Positions 39,574-50,806 of a stretch of DNA of 64,000 bases are shown piece after piece. A program made the translations under genes and the position numbers. Position 1 is the stretch's first letter. Every line of letters starts with the position of its first letter. Source of the DNA: an uncultured delta proteobacterium (GTDB lineage Bacteria > Desulfobacterota > Binatia > UBA9968); contig CAVTUQ010000002.1 of NCBI GenBank assembly GCA_963737905.1, positions 576,001-640,000 on the forward strand. Reading direction: 5' to 3'. The notes beneath the pieces were generated by a model. It searched no databases. It worked only from the letters and a program-made list of their open reading frames with translations, and had not been told where the DNA came from.

Positions 39574-40347
39574 TCATTCGATAAACGTCAACAGACCCAT
39601 AACCACGATACCGAGCGTGATAAGGACCGTCTGCAACACCAAGGCACGCAAACTGCGATCGTGCTGCAATTCCGGAATCAGATCTGCGGCGGCGAGATAG
39701 ACAAATCCACCCGCCGTGAGCGGGACCAGCGAAGTCGTGACTGTTTCCTGGGCGACAGAGCCGGCCAATAGTGAAAGGGCTGTGCCCAGGATGGCGACAC
39801 TGGCGGACCCTAGGTTGAGCAGCACCGCTTTGCGCACGCTGAGCCCGCTGTGGATCAGAATACCGAAGTCGGCCAGCTCTTGGGGAATTTCGTGGAATAG
39901 CACCGCGATGGTCGTCGACAGACCGAGGGCCGGGCTCGCGAGATAACTCGCGCCGATCACCATGCCGTCAATGAAATTGTGAATCGCATCGCCAAGTATA
40001 TTAATCGCAGCCAACTCGGGCCGATTCACCGCCTGATGGCCATGGAAATGCTCGTGTAATACTCCGTGGCTGTGGCGGAGGAGTTTCTCGACTACAAAGA
40101 AGGCCATCATTCCGCTCAGGACCAGAAGCGAGGGGCCCAACGGCGTGCCTGGAGAAACAGCGGCGGCGAAAGTTTTCGGGATCAGGTGAATGAACGCGTT
40201 GCCGAGTAGGGCTCCGACCGCGAAACTCACGAAGAATGTGGCCAGTTTGCGAATGCGGGCTTCGTCCATCGAGATCGTAAAGAGGCCGACGAGTGAAACG
40301 AGGCTCACTGCGATGACGCTGACAAGGGCAAGAATAACGGTCGTCAC
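39574..40347 (-). CDS. ZIP-family metal transporter
   Basis: His-rich loop, GDAIHNFIDG, FHEIPQELADF, AGGFVYLA. Confidence 0.92.
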   Translation of the reverse strand: MTTVILALVSVIAVSLVSLVGLFTISMDEARIRKLATFFVSFAVGALLGNAFIHLIPKTFAAAVSPGTPLGPSLLVLSGMMAFFVVEKLLRHSHGVLHEHFHGHQAVNRPELAAINILGDAIHNFIDGMVIGASYLASPALGLSTTIAVLFHEIPQELADFGILIHSGLSVRKAVLLNLGSASVAILGTALSLLAGSVAQETVTTSLVPLTAGGFVYLAAADLIPELQHDRSLRALVLQTVLITLGIVVMGLLTFIE

Positions 40348-40653
40348 GCGCTGCCCCTAGCAAGAGCCGCGTTAACGGAATTGATGATTTTCATCTTCCC
40401 TATAATGCTCCTTGATGGATGTGTCATAGGATCAGCATCGTTACAAGCTAGTCCCCTTCTTTCGGACGGACCTGTCCTTCGGCGCTAAAACGTCACCAGA
40501 CCAAGACTTGTCACGGATCGTTCGCTTGTCTATAAGAGAAAAAATCAATCGATTTCATAATGGGTTAGCCGTCCGAGCGGAAAAAGGGAGAAACATTCTT
40601 TCGTCGGTTCCGAACGGCAAGAAACTTTGAACCAATAGGGAGATAAAAAACTT

Positions 40654-40776
40654 ATGTATACACGGATACTGATACCGCTGGACGGGTCACAAATGGTAGA
40701 ACAGGTTTTACCCCATGCTCGGTTTTTGGCCAAAGCGCCGATCTACCTTCATGGTTCGCGCGCACAAGACAAATAA
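40654..40776 (+). pseudogene. USP N-terminal remnant, paralogous to 16148-17047
   Basis: MYTRILIPLDGSQMVEQVLPHARFLAKA vs MFTRILIPLDGSKTAEKVLPYARFLAGA. Confidence 0.8.
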
Positions 40777-40903
40777 CCGTGGCGATGGGGAGGCTCTCTC
40801 AACAGGTATTGCACGTTCGTTGCGAATTTCGTAATTAGTCTTCGGATTTGTCTCAGAGTTCGAATTTCGGATTTTGTCAACGTGTCTTGGCGCGATAAAC
40901 TTC

Positions 40904-41326
40904 ATGGCTAATGGTCATTGGGAGCTTTTCCCGCATGAAGCCGATATGGGTGTGAGGGGATCTGGGCGCTCTAAAGAGGAGGCCTTTGAGCAAACCGCGG
41001 TGGCGCTGACAGCCGTCATCAGCGACCCGGCATCCATCGAGGCCAAGGAAATGGTAGAGATCGCCTGCGAAGCTCCCGACGACGAACTTCTGCTCGTTAA
41101 CTGGCTCAACGCCGTGGTCTACGAGATGGCAACACGAAAGATGCTCTTCGGCCGCTTCCGCGTTTCACTCGACGGCACTGCTCTACGGGGACAGGCCTGG
41201 GGTGAGGCGATCGATGTGGATCGGCACGACCCCGCCGTTGAAGTGAAAGGCGCCACATGCACCGTCCTCAAGGTGGCGCAGGATGATGCCGGCTGTTGGT
41301 TCGCCCAATGTGTTGTCGACGTTTGA
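40904..41326 (+). CDS. Archease
   Basis: [27 protein letters not shown]-terminal VVDV; directly upstream of rtcB. Confidence 0.92.
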   Translation: MANGHWELFPHEADMGVRGSGRSKEEAFEQTAVALTAVISDPASIEAKEMVEIACEAPDDELLLVNWLNAVVYEMATRKMLFGRFRVSLDGTALRGQAWGEAIDVDRHDPAVEVKGATCTVLKVAQDDAGCWFAQCVVDV

Positions 41327-41335
41327 GGAAAACAG

Positions 41336-42766
41336 ATGGATGTCGCACGCCTTCAAAGAAAAAACGAAAATGAGTGGTGGATTCCGCCCTTTGGCAAGAT
41401 GCGTGTTTCCGCTGTGATCTTTGCCACTGAGAAACTGATCCGTGATATGGACGAAAAGGTGTACGAACAGGTCACTAATGTCGCGACTTTACCGGGCATC
41501 GTCAAAGCGTCGTATGCCATGCCCGATGCGCATTGGGGATATGGTTTTCCCATCGGTGGCGTCGCGGCCTTTGATGCCGACAAAGGCGGCGTCATTTCTG
41601 CCGGCGGGGTCGGCTTCGACATTTCCTGCGGCGTGCGAACCTTGTTGACCGGGCTCACGTTAGAGGAAGTTGGGCCTGCCAAGGAACGGCTGGCGGACGT
41701 ACTGTTCCACAAAATTCCAGCCGGGGTCGGCAGCCGAGGGAAGATAAGCTTGAACCGCAAAGAAATGGATTCCATGCTCACGGGAGGAGCGCGATGGGCA
41801 GTGGGACGGGGCTACGGCCGGGCGGAAGATCTTGAGCGAATCGAAGAAGGCGGATGCACCTCCGGAGCACACCCTGACGAAGTCTCCGATCGCGCCAAGA
41901 AGCGCCAGCAGGACGAAATGGGGACTCTCGGTTCCGGTAACCATTATCTGGAGGTCCAACACGTCGCTAAAATTTTCGACGGCCCCATAGCGTTGTCGTA
42001 CGAGCTTTGTGAAGGTGATGTCGTGCTCAGCATTCACTGCGGCTCTCGCGGGCTCGGCCATCAAATCGGCACAGAGTTTCTGACCCGGATGGCCGCCGGC
42101 GCGTCGCAGTATGGTATCGAGTTGCCGGACCGCGAGTTGGCGTGCGCGCCTATAGACTCGCCTCTGGGAGAAGCTTATCTGGGCGCGATGCGCTCCGCGA
42201 TTAATTGTGCGCTCGCCAACCGCCAGATCATTACCCATTTGGTGCGAACGGCCTTCCATGAGGTCTTTCCAAAAGCGGAGTTGCCGTTGCTCTACGACGT
42301 CTCCCACAACACCTGCAAGACTGAAGAACACATATTCGATAGAAGACCCCTGCGTCTTTTTGTTCATCGCAAGGGCGCTACCCGCGCCTTCGGCCCCGGC
42401 CATTCCGCCGTCCCCGATATTTTTAAATCCGTGGGCCAGCCGGTTCTGATCGGTGGCACAATGGGCACCGCTTCATATATCCTGTCGGGCACAGCCAAAG
42501 GAATGAATCTGGCCTTCGGCTCCGCTTGCCACGGCGCTGGCCGGAGCATGAGTCGCCATCAGGCCTTGAGACAGTGGCGCGGAGTGGAGGTCGTTCAGAG
42601 CCTCGCTAACCAAGGGGTGCTGATTCGCAGCCGCTCGATGCGCGGGGTTGCCGAAGAAGCGCCCGGAGCTTACAAAGATGTGAGCGCGGTCGTCGAGGCG
42701 GCGGATCATGCGGGTCTCGCCCGAGTTGTTGCCCGACTGGAACCCGTGATCTGCATTAAGGGATAG
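41336..42766 (+). CDS. rtcB: RtcB RNA ligase (archaeal-like clade)
   Basis: MPDAHWGYGFPIG, GVGFDISCG, GTLGSGNHYLE, HCGSRG, VHRKGATRAF, SACHGAGR, EEAPGAYKD. Confidence 0.96.
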   Translation: MDVARLQRKNENEWWIPPFGKMRVSAVIFATEKLIRDMDEKVYEQVTNVATLPGIVKASYAMPDAHWGYGFPIGGVAAFDADKGGVISAGGVGFDISCGVRTLLTGLTLEEVGPAKERLADVLFHKIPAGVGSRGKISLNRKEMDSMLTGGARWAVGRGYGRAEDLERIEEGGCTSGAHPDEVSDRAKKRQQDEMGTLGSGNHYLEVQHVAKIFDGPIALSYELCEGDVVLSIHCGSRGLGHQIGTEFLTRMAAGASQYGIELPDRELACAPIDSPLGEAYLGAMRSAINCALANRQIITHLVRTAFHEVFPKAELPLLYDVSHNTCKTEEHIFDRRPLRLFVHRKGATRAFGPGHSAVPDIFKSVGQPVLIGGTMGTASYILSGTAKGMNLAFGSACHGAGRSMSRHQALRQWRGVEVVQSLANQGVLIRSRSMRGVAEEAPGAYKDVSAVVEAADHAGLARVVARLEPVICIKG

Positions 42767-42793
42767 ACTACTCAGTCCACGGGAGGAGACGCC

Positions 42794-43552
42794 ATGTGGA
42801 ATCTAATCGGACCAGCGGGAACATTCGCCATCATCGTCATCATCCTGCTCATCAGCGGGATCAAAATCCTAAAAGAATACGAGCGTGCTGTGATCTTTCG
42901 GCTGGGGCGCATGGTTACCCCTCGTGGCCCAGGCATTACCTATGTAATTCCGCTCGTCGAAAAAATGGTCCGCCTAGACCTTCGGACGGTTACATTGGAC
43001 GTGCCACCGCAGGATGTCATTACCCGAGACAATGTCTCCGTTAAAGTCAGCGCGGTCCTCTATTTCAGAGTCATCGATCCCAACCGGGCGATCCGCGAGG
43101 TACAGAACTATCTCTTCGCCACATCGCAACTCGCCCAGGTGACACTGCGAAGTGTCTGCGGCCAGGCAGAATTGGATGAGCTGCTCGCGGAACGGGAAAA
43201 GATGAACACCCGAATCCAGGAGATCCTCGATGCCGAGACCGAACCCTGGGGCATTAAGGTTGTCCTGGTAGAGATTAGGGACATCGATCTGCCCCAGGAA
43301 ATGCAGCGCGCCATGGCCAAACAGGCGGAAGCGGAAAGAGAAAGACGAGCCAAGGTGATCCATGCAGACGGTGAGTTCCAGGCCTCCGAAAAACTCGCCG
43401 CCGCGGCGGAAGTCATCGCCAAAGAACCCAGTGCCATGCACCTCAGATTCTTACAGAGCCTGGTTCAGGTGGCGGCGGAAAACAACCACACGGTTGTCTT
43501 GCCTATTCCCCTGGATCTCATTGCGAGTTTTCTCGACCAAAGGCGAGGATAG
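42794..43552 (+). CDS. SPFH/band-7 slipin (stomatin-like) protein
   Basis: [41 protein letters not shown]. Confidence 0.93.
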   Translation: MWNLIGPAGTFAIIVIILLISGIKILKEYERAVIFRLGRMVTPRGPGITYVIPLVEKMVRLDLRTVTLDVPPQDVITRDNVSVKVSAVLYFRVIDPNRAIREVQNYLFATSQLAQVTLRSVCGQAELDELLAEREKMNTRIQEILDAETEPWGIKVVLVEIRDIDLPQEMQRAMAKQAEAERERRAKVIHADGEFQASEKLAAAAEVIAKEPSAMHLRFLQSLVQVAAENNHTVVLPIPLDLIASFLDQRRG

Positions 43553-43620
43553 ATCGAGCAAAGCGTCGAAGATAGCGGGCACAGAAGCAATGAGTCTCAA
43601 GAAGTTGCAAGCGGAGAGCC

Positions 43621-43719
43621 CGCTGGATCAAACAACAACTCGCCGGCGGCAAAGATGTCTTTGCTTATTTCAATAACGACGCACAAGGTTACGCTGTGGA
43701 AAGCGCGGCGGAACTTTGA
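43621..43719 (+). pseudogene. DUF72 (YecE) C-terminal remnant
   Basis: RWIKQQLAGGKDVFAYFNNDAQGYAVESAAEL*. Confidence 0.72.
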
Positions 43720-43813
43720 CGCTACCTCGGGGATTATAGGGCTTGATAACGTAAGTTCTGAACAAGAGAGATTAATCGCCAATGGTTATAAGTTCGTTGT
43801 GAGCGTCACATTT

Positions 43814-44638
43814 ATGTGGTTTTTCCTCAAGACTACAGTTCACAATTTTTTCCAAGACAATGGCTTCTTTCTCGCCATGGGCTTGGCGTTCAATTTGCTG
43901 CTCTATTTTATACCGCTCGGTCTGCTGCTGATCTCGCTCCTCGGATATACCTTTCTCGATTCGGAACGAGCAATGATGGAAGTCCATTCGGTAGTGCGAC
44001 AGTTTCTCCCGCGGTCGGAGCAAGCATTTGCCGACAACCTTGCGGCAATCGTTACCAACCGCGGCCTGTTAGGAGTCGTAGGATCTATCTCTTTTTTGAT
44101 TTTCAGCAGCACGTTATTTGGTTCGGTGCGTCATGTCCTCAACATCGTCTTCAAAGCGCAGACAAGACGCGGTTTCATCAGTGGACTATTCCGGGACTTC
44201 CTTCTGATGTTGATCACGGCAATCCTCTTAGTGCTGTCGATCGGCGCCGGAACGCTGTTAGCGCTGGTTCGAACCATCGGTATCGAGCGCCTCCCGGTAG
44301 CCGCACCGATGGTTGAATTTGTTTGGGGCGTCACGGGTAAACTCATCGCGCTGGGATTGTTAGCCAGCCTGTTCTACGTTTTCTATGGCTACGCTCCCGC
44401 CCGCGCGTTATCTCGGAGATCCTTATTCGTGGCATCACTCAGTGCGACGATCCTCTTCGAGCTCGCCCGTTGGGGCTTCGCCTGGTACGTTGCCTTCGCG
44501 CACGAAGCTCTCGCGCTGTACGGTGTCCTCGGTGGTTTGATGTTTTTTTTCTTTTGGCTGTACTACGCCTCATTGGTCTTCGTTCTCGGAGCCGAAATGG
44601 GCTTTGCTTGTGAACAAACCCGTCCACTCAAGGCTTAG
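43814..44638 (+). CDS. YihY/BrkB family membrane protein
   Basis: GLAFNLLLYFIP, LYGVLGGL..FWLYY..VFVLGAE; multiple TM segments. Confidence 0.85.
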   Translation: MWFFLKTTVHNFFQDNGFFLAMGLAFNLLLYFIPLGLLLISLLGYTFLDSERAMMEVHSVVRQFLPRSEQAFADNLAAIVTNRGLLGVVGSISFLIFSSTLFGSVRHVLNIVFKAQTRRGFISGLFRDFLLMLITAILLVLSIGAGTLLALVRTIGIERLPVAAPMVEFVWGVTGKLIALGLLASLFYVFYGYAPARALSRRSLFVASLSATILFELARWGFAWYVAFAHEALALYGVLGGLMFFFFWLYYASLVFVLGAEMGFACEQTRPLKA

Positions 44639-44814
44639 CTCACGGCTGAAATTTTTGGTTCCCTTTTTTGCAAGACTGCCGTGACCTCATCATCAGAAAC
44701 TGGGAAAAGTCCCTGAAGAAGCCACGGCACCAACGGGTTTTTTTCGGTTCGCTGCCGCGTATCGAGCGCGCCACTTTCGCAGGTGGTTTCGGAAACAGCG
44801 CCCGGACCTGGCCT

Positions 44815-45046
44815 CTGGCCGGAGATCCACTCCAATTCCTCGCCAGTCAATCGAAGATTCTCGAGAAATGTCAACGCCTGCTTCAATCCCGCTGCCACAG
44901 AAAGTTGCGTTTGGACGGTAACTTCCGGATAAAGAATTCGAATACCGCCGTATCCTCCATCCCCTGATCGAAGTAAGCTTGGAGCATCGTCAACTGTTAG
45001 AGATCCGTTAGGAAACGCTCGTTGGTGTGTTCGGGTCGCTAATCAT
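44815..45046 (-). pseudogene. pncB: Nicotinate phosphoribosyltransferase N-terminal remnant
   Basis: LTDL*QLTMLQAYFDQGMEDTAVFEFFIRKLPSKRNFL / AAGLKQALTFLENLRLTGEELEWI. Confidence 0.8.
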
Positions 45047-45461
45047 AACACCGCTACCCTTTTAATCGCCCTACCCCAGATATGCGCACATCATATGCCA
45101 CCAATAAGCCTCGCTCTTATTACCTTAACTATCGAATCAGCCTCAATATTTCCCCGCATTAAAGAAAACGTGAGAGCCGGCTGTCAAGGTTGTAAAAAAG
45201 ACCGCGGAGTAGTGAAAACCCCTCTAACTACCTTGACACGTACGCATGACAGCCTTATCTTGGAAGGTGCGGTATTGGACCTATCGTAGACGCGATTAAA
45301 GCTTCAATTACCTTTCCTAACAAATATCAACCTTGATTACAGCCTGGTAATTCGTTTCTGGGGTCTGACCGATAAAAATTGAGCGTCTAACGGATGAGGA
45401 AGGGGGTTTGCACCCAATGGGAAAAGGCGCTTTAACGGGTGAGAACCAAAAGGAGAAGGCA

Positions 45462-46997
45462 ATGTCGGTAAATTTGGACATAGAGAGAACGACGGATGAG
45501 GTTCTAGATAACCCCGAAACCGAACTGGACACATCGAGCGACAGGGAGCCTGAGTTTGCGGCTGACGTCGATTCCAGCGATGAATCCCAAGGGGAGGAGC
45601 CTTCGGAACGTGAGGAGGTAGGAGCAAATTTTAGTTCCATTCAGCAATACTTGCATGAGATCGGCTCCGTCCCTCTGCTGAACCGCGAGCGCGAGACTCA
45701 ACTCGCGATGCAGATGGAACGGGGTAAGAATCAGATCCTTCAAGCGCTCTGGTCGATACCGACGGTGCTGCATCACGTGCTCGACCTGGGAAATGCGATT
45801 GCGAGCGGGGATCTCGATCTTCGCACGGTTATAGACAAAGCCGATACCGACGCGGAGGACGGCGAGGAAATTCTCGATCCAAAGCCCTTCCTCAAACTGA
45901 TCGGTAAGCTACGCAAGTTACATGAGACTGCAGAACAATACCGGCGGGAATTAAAACGTAGTCGTCTGTCGAAGCAACGGCAGGCCCTTTTGACGCAGAA
46001 ACAATCCCGTCTAACGGAAAAAATTTGCGCGCTGATGAAGGACCTACGCCTTTCGTCGAGCCGGGTCGAGGAAATGGTTCAGCAATTGAAACGTTCCGCC
46101 GAGCGTCTGGCAGCTTTGGACCGGCAAGCAGGGTCCTCTCCAAGAGCAAATCGTCATGCAATACTGGCCGAGATAAGGATTATAGAGGAGAAAATTGGCC
46201 TGCCAGCTGCGGAGATCAAGACCCAAGTAGGTTTCATCCAAGAAGGTGAAGCCCTGGTAAACATTGCAAAGAAGGAGTTTACGGAAGCCAACTTGCGTCT
46301 GGTGGTGAGCATCGCCAAAAAGTATATCAACCGGGGTTTGGGTTTTTTGGACCTCATTCAGGAAGGTAATCTGGGATTGATGCGAGCGGTCGAGAAATTC
46401 GATTACCGGCTCGGCTTCCGGTTTTCTACCTATGCGAGTTGGTGGATTCGCCAGGGCATCACACGGGGCCTCATCGACACGGGACGGACTATTCGCATTC
46501 CCGTCCACAGGGTGGAGCTACGTAATAAAATCATCCAGACAGCCCAACGATTGCAGCGAAAACTCGATCGCGAGCCAAGACCTGACGAGCTCGCCAAGGC
46601 GATGCGAATGTCGGTGTCGGAGCTGCTTAGAGTCATCCAGGTTCAAGGGGAGCCGGCCTCACTGCAAACCCCGGTTTGGGAGGATGGTGACGAACTTGGA
46701 GACTTTGTCGAAGATCGGATCAATAGGCGCCCCGAAGAGGAGGCCATGGAGGGGTCGCTGCGCAGAGATGTAAAGAAGGCCCTCGCCATCCTTACCCCAC
46801 GGCAGGAAAAGGTATTGCGCATGCGCTTCGGTATCGAGGAGAAGCGCGACTACACGCTGGAGGAGCTCGGCGAAATGTTTACGGTTACCCGGGAGCGCAT
46901 TCGCCAAATCGAGCAGAAGTCGCTACAGATACTCCGTAACCCCCATCGGCGGAGACCGCTTCCATCAGCTCGCGTAGTCGATACCATGGCCGTTTAG
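45462..46997 (+). CDS. RpoD/SigA-family sigma-70 factor
   Basis: [11 protein letters not shown] (1.2), [62 protein letters not shown]. Confidence 0.93.
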   Translation: MSVNLDIERTTDEVLDNPETELDTSSDREPEFAADVDSSDESQGEEPSEREEVGANFSSIQQYLHEIGSVPLLNRERETQLAMQMERGKNQILQALWSIPTVLHHVLDLGNAIASGDLDLRTVIDKADTDAEDGEEILDPKPFLKLIGKLRKLHETAEQYRRELKRSRLSKQRQALLTQKQSRLTEKICALMKDLRLSSSRVEEMVQQLKRSAERLAALDRQAGSSPRANRHAILAEIRIIEEKIGLPAAEIKTQVGFIQEGEALVNIAKKEFTEANLRLVVSIAKKYINRGLGFLDLIQEGNLGLMRAVEKFDYRLGFRFSTYASWWIRQGITRGLIDTGRTIRIPVHRVELRNKIIQTAQRLQRKLDREPRPDELAKAMRMSVSELLRVIQVQGEPASLQTPVWEDGDELGDFVEDRINRRPEEEAMEGSLRRDVKKALAILTPRQEKVLRMRFGIEEKRDYTLEELGEMFTVTRERIRQIEQKSLQILRNPHRRRPLPSARVVDTMAV

Positions 46998-47074
46998 ATT
47001 CGGCATCTAGGCGCGACTAATTTTGCACAAGCCCGAACATTCCATACCCTGCCTATTTTGTCGGTGCGTAGGAA

Positions 47075-47328
47075 GCAGCGCATCGGCATCATCCACGTCG
47101 ATGGGCAAGAACGGCGCCCACACTTTGCCTTCGCCCTGAGATGGTCGACTGGGACTCTTGAACGCTCATATAACTGAGCACTTCATCGGAATAGAATAAG
47201 TAAGTCGCATAGCAGCCGTAGCGGTTAAAGGATTCCGCCAGTTTCGGGACTTCGTCAATCGAAACTATATGGTTGCGAAAGCCTTTCTGATAATGGGTGG
47301 CGAAGTCGACGAGGTTAAATTTCCTCAT
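47075..47328 (-). pseudogene. N-terminal remnant of a putative primase-like protein
   Basis: GFRNHIV..GCYATYLFY then, after a shift, EGKVWAPFLPIDVD (DxD). Family assignment is tentative. Confidence 0.35.
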
Positions 47329-47415
47329 AATTTAATTATACAGCCCATGAATCCCTTCTCCAGACCCGACTGCCGACGTGTGCAGTTTGGCCTTCAGGGA
47401 TGATAAGCTACTTGT

Positions 47416-48540
47416 GTGGCCGGAGTAGAAGCAGGAGGAGAGCTCGCGTCTGAATGGATAATTCAGAACGGCACTTGCTTCATGATCTTCGCCTACGATG
47501 CTGCACGCTCAATCAATCTTGAGTTGGCAGAGCGGCGGGTCCACGAGGCAACGCAGCGTCAAACGATGCCCCACAAACGGCGCGCTCCCAGCTATTTCGA
47601 ATACCAGCCGCCGCCGCTGCGGGTTAGCCAAGACACGGAACCGATTCATGCCGGCAAATTTTCCGGACGCGCGAGCGTGGATCTTTTGATCTACGATTTT
47701 GGCGCGGTGACCGTGACCTATAGTTTTCCCATCAATGGACCGTTTATTGATCTGCTTCAGCTCAGCGAGGAACTTTACGATAATGAGTTCTTGCTTTCCG
47801 CTTCGCACTTCCGGGTAAGCCAGCTGCTCAATGTGATGGGAGAGGCAGCCAACCAAGCCAGCATGGCCCCCGTCGTGGAAGATTACGTAGTCTTCCATAT
47901 TGAATCCTTCACCCAACCTTTTGACGCCAACCGTTTCTGCTCCGCAGAACGCCGGCAGATCGCTCAGATTCTTCGCGCCGAACGGCAGACTCTCTCCGAT
48001 CAAGAAGTCGACGATGCCATCGCAGCCCGGATATCCTTCGGTATCCAGGATCTCACCATTGTGGATTGGAACGCCGCCTTACTGATCGACCGCGAAGGGG
48101 AGGACATTCGAGCCGTTTTGGACTTCGCGAATGTCGAGCTGCTGGAAATGCGCTATCTGGATCAGCGCCTGGATCGTGCGATGGACCAGGCCTATGACAC
48201 ACTCTCACACTCGTCCTTAAATCTGTTACGAGTTTTCGGCTATTACAGCGCCGCGCTGCGCCGCGTTGCGGAGCTTCAGGTGGACAACGCCATCCTCTTC
48301 GAAGGCGTCAACAACACGCTCAAGCTCTTGGGCGATCAATACCTAGCGCGGGTTTATCGCTTGGTGAATCGGCGATTTCACCTCGACGAATGGGACGCGA
48401 GCATTTTGCGCAAGCTTCAGACCCTTGAGAGCATCTACGAAAAAATCTCCAACCAAGCCACCAATCGCCGGATGGAAATACTTGAATGGGTCATCATCAT
48501 TTTGATCGCCGCATCTATTGCCCTTGAGTTCCGTCACTAG
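47416..48540 (+). CDS. RMD1/DUF155-like protein with C-terminal TM helix
   Basis: IYDFGAV, DLTIVDWNAA, ANVELLEMRYLD, LEWVIIILIA. Confidence 0.7.
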   Translation: MAGVEAGGELASEWIIQNGTCFMIFAYDAARSINLELAERRVHEATQRQTMPHKRRAPSYFEYQPPPLRVSQDTEPIHAGKFSGRASVDLLIYDFGAVTVTYSFPINGPFIDLLQLSEELYDNEFLLSASHFRVSQLLNVMGEAANQASMAPVVEDYVVFHIESFTQPFDANRFCSAERRQIAQILRAERQTLSDQEVDDAIAARISFGIQDLTIVDWNAALLIDREGEDIRAVLDFANVELLEMRYLDQRLDRAMDQAYDTLSHSSLNLLRVFGYYSAALRRVAELQVDNAILFEGVNNTLKLLGDQYLARVYRLVNRRFHLDEWDASILRKLQTLESIYEKISNQATNRRMEILEWVIIILIAASIALEFRH

Positions 48541-48621
48541 GCCATACTATTCGTGCACCGAGCGGCCCGATTGCCCGGAGCTGAAAAATCGGCCATAGTC
48601 CATGCTTAAGAGAGCAGATAT

Positions 48622-50697
48622 ATGAACGAAAAGGCGGATTTCTTTAACCTTTATAACCACGGCTTTATCCGGGTCGCGGTGGGAACCCCTGAAGTGCGCG
48701 TCGCCGACCCGGCCTTCAACGGGGCCCGGACCGTCGAACTTATAGAAAAGGCCGAGCGCGAGAAGGCCGTCCTGGCGCTTTTTCCGGAATTGGGCCTCAC
48801 CTCGTATTCCTGCGAGGACCTATTCCATCAACAAGCATTACTCAATAGCGCGCTCGAAGCCTTGAGTGGGATCTTGCAGGCATCCGAAACTTTAAATCTG
48901 ATTGCCGTGGTCGGCATGCCGCTGCAAGTGGACCATTTGCTGTTTAACTGCGCGGTTGTCCTCCATCGCGGGAAGATCCTAGGCATCGTTCCCAAGACGT
49001 TTCTGCCTAATTATCGCGAGTTCTACGAATACCGGCAGTTCGCGCCTGCAGCGGCGGCCCACAGCACAATCGTTGATGTGCTCGGACAGGCCGAGATTCC
49101 TTTCGGGGAGCGACTTCTCTTTCAGTGCCAAGAGGAATACCGGTTTACGTTCTTTGTGGAGATCTGTGAGGATCTCTGGGTACCTATTTCGCCATCCTCC
49201 GGCGCTGCTCTAGCCGGCGCCACAGTCATCTTGAATCTTTCGGCATCCAACATCACAATTGCCAAGGACGAGTACCGCCACAGCTTAGTCGCCACCCAGT
49301 CCGCCCGCTGTCTCGCGGCCTATCTCTATACCGCGGCCGGGACGGGCGAATCGACCACCGATCTTGCCTGGGACGGGCATGCTCTAGTTTACGAGAACGG
49401 CGACCCGGTCGCTGAATCGGAACGATTTCGTTACGACTCTCAGCTTATAGTAGCAGAGCTGGATTTGGAGCGGCTCATCCTGGAGCGCATGCGCCAGAAC
49501 AGCTTCGGTCAGAGCATACAGCGCCACCAAGAAGAGCTGCACCGGTTCAGAACGGTTAGCTTCAACATCGAGCTGCCGAATGCGGGTCGCCTGCTCTGCC
49601 GGCGGTTGTATGATCGCTTTCCTTATGTGCCGTCGGATCCCGCGCTCCGCGATCGGCGCTGTTATGAAGCTTACAACATTCAAGTGCAGGGAATCGTAAA
49701 GCGGCTCCAGAGCTCCGGAGTATCGAAACTGGTTATCGGGATCTCCGGCGGGCTGGATTCAACCCATGCCTTGATCGTAGCCGCCCGGGCAATGGACGTG
49801 CTGAAACTGCCGCGCTCCAACATTCTGGCCTATACGATGCCGGGTTTTGCAACCAGCCAGCGCACCATGGCGAACGCCAAAACTCTCATGGTCGCCCTGG
49901 GTTGTGCCGCGCATGAGCTTGACATACGCCCGGCGTGCGAGCAGATGCTCCGCGACATCAATCACCCTTACGCGCGGGGAGAACCGGTTTACGACATCAC
50001 CTTTGAAAACGTCCAGGCAGGAGAACGGACCAACCATTTGTTCCGACTTGCCAATCTCCACCAGGGATTGGTGCTCGGAACCAGCGATCTCAGCGAACTC
50101 GCTCTGGGTTGGTGCACCTATGGCGTGGGAGATCACATGTCCCATTACAGCATCAACGCCAGCGTTCCCAAGACACTGATCCAGTTTCTGATTCGCTGGG
50201 CTGCGGACACGAACCAGCTGGGTGAAAAAGCCAGCCGGGTCTTGCGCTCCATCCTCGAGACTGAATTCAGCCCGGAACTTATTCCCGGGGATCCCAACGG
50301 CGAGCAGCCCACCCAGAGAACCGAAGATGTTATCGGCCCCTATGAGCTTCAGGATTTTAACCTCTACTACACTACCCGTTTTGGCTATCTGCCTTCCAAG
50401 ATTGCATTCCTTTCCTACTGTTCTTGGAAAGATCGCGCTCTAGGCCAATGGCCGGATATCCCCGAAGCAAGACGACATAAATATACCCTCCCGGAAATCA
50501 AGCGTTGGCTCTCCGTCTTCGCCTTGCGTTTTTTCCAGCTAAGTCAGTTCAAACGAAGTTGCATACCCAATGCGCCAAAGGTCGGTTCCGGCGGTTCTTT
50601 GTCTCCACGCGGAGATTATCGGGCACCCAGCGACAGTGAAGCGACTGCCTGGCTTCAAGAAATCAGCCAGATTCCCGATCAGGATCCCGAAACGTAA
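48622..50697 (+). CDS. nadE: Glutamine-dependent NAD+ synthetase
   Basis: Nitrilase domain FPELG, PK..LPNY.EFYE, EICEDLW. Synthetase domain [23 protein letters not shown]. Confidence 0.96.
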   Translation: MNEKADFFNLYNHGFIRVAVGTPEVRVADPAFNGARTVELIEKAEREKAVLALFPELGLTSYSCEDLFHQQALLNSALEALSGILQASETLNLIAVVGMPLQVDHLLFNCAVVLHRGKILGIVPKTFLPNYREFYEYRQFAPAAAAHSTIVDVLGQAEIPFGERLLFQCQEEYRFTFFVEICEDLWVPISPSSGAALAGATVILNLSASNITIAKDEYRHSLVATQSARCLAAYLYTAAGTGESTTDLAWDGHALVYENGDPVAESERFRYDSQLIVAELDLERLILERMRQNSFGQSIQRHQEELHRFRTVSFNIELPNAGRLLCRRLYDRFPYVPSDPALRDRRCYEAYNIQVQGIVKRLQSSGVSKLVIGISGGLDSTHALIVAARAMDVLKLPRSNILAYTMPGFATSQRTMANAKTLMVALGCAAHELDIRPACEQMLRDINHPYARGEPVYDITFENVQAGERTNHLFRLANLHQGLVLGTSDLSELALGWCTYGVGDHMSHYSINASVPKTLIQFLIRWAADTNQLGEKASRVLRSILETEFSPELIPGDPNGEQPTQRTEDVIGPYELQDFNLYYTTRFGYLPSKIAFLSYCSWKDRALGQWPDIPEARRHKYTLPEIKRWLSVFALRFFQLSQFKRSCIPNAPKVGSGGSLSPRGDYRAPSDSEATAWLQEISQIPDQDPET

Positions 50698-50731
50698 TTT
50701 TAGGATAAGAAAGAGATCGAAAAATTGTGCC

Positions 50732-50806
50732 TCGCGCAAAGGCGCAAAGGGCGTCAAGAAAGAAGACAAGTAAAATTTTCTTCGCGTTCTTGGCGTCTTG
50801 GCGCGA
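50732..50806. repeat. REP-like palindrome, family A, copy 2
   Basis: TCGCGCAAAGGCGCAAAGGGCG...CTTCGCGTTCTTGGCGTCTTGGCGCGA. Confidence 0.8.

Noticed and set aside
44815-50697. pncB plus nadE as an anti-TIR NAD-reconstitution system
   Set aside because: pncB is a broken stub, nadE is an ordinary housekeeping type, and both are over 20 kb from the TIR gene.
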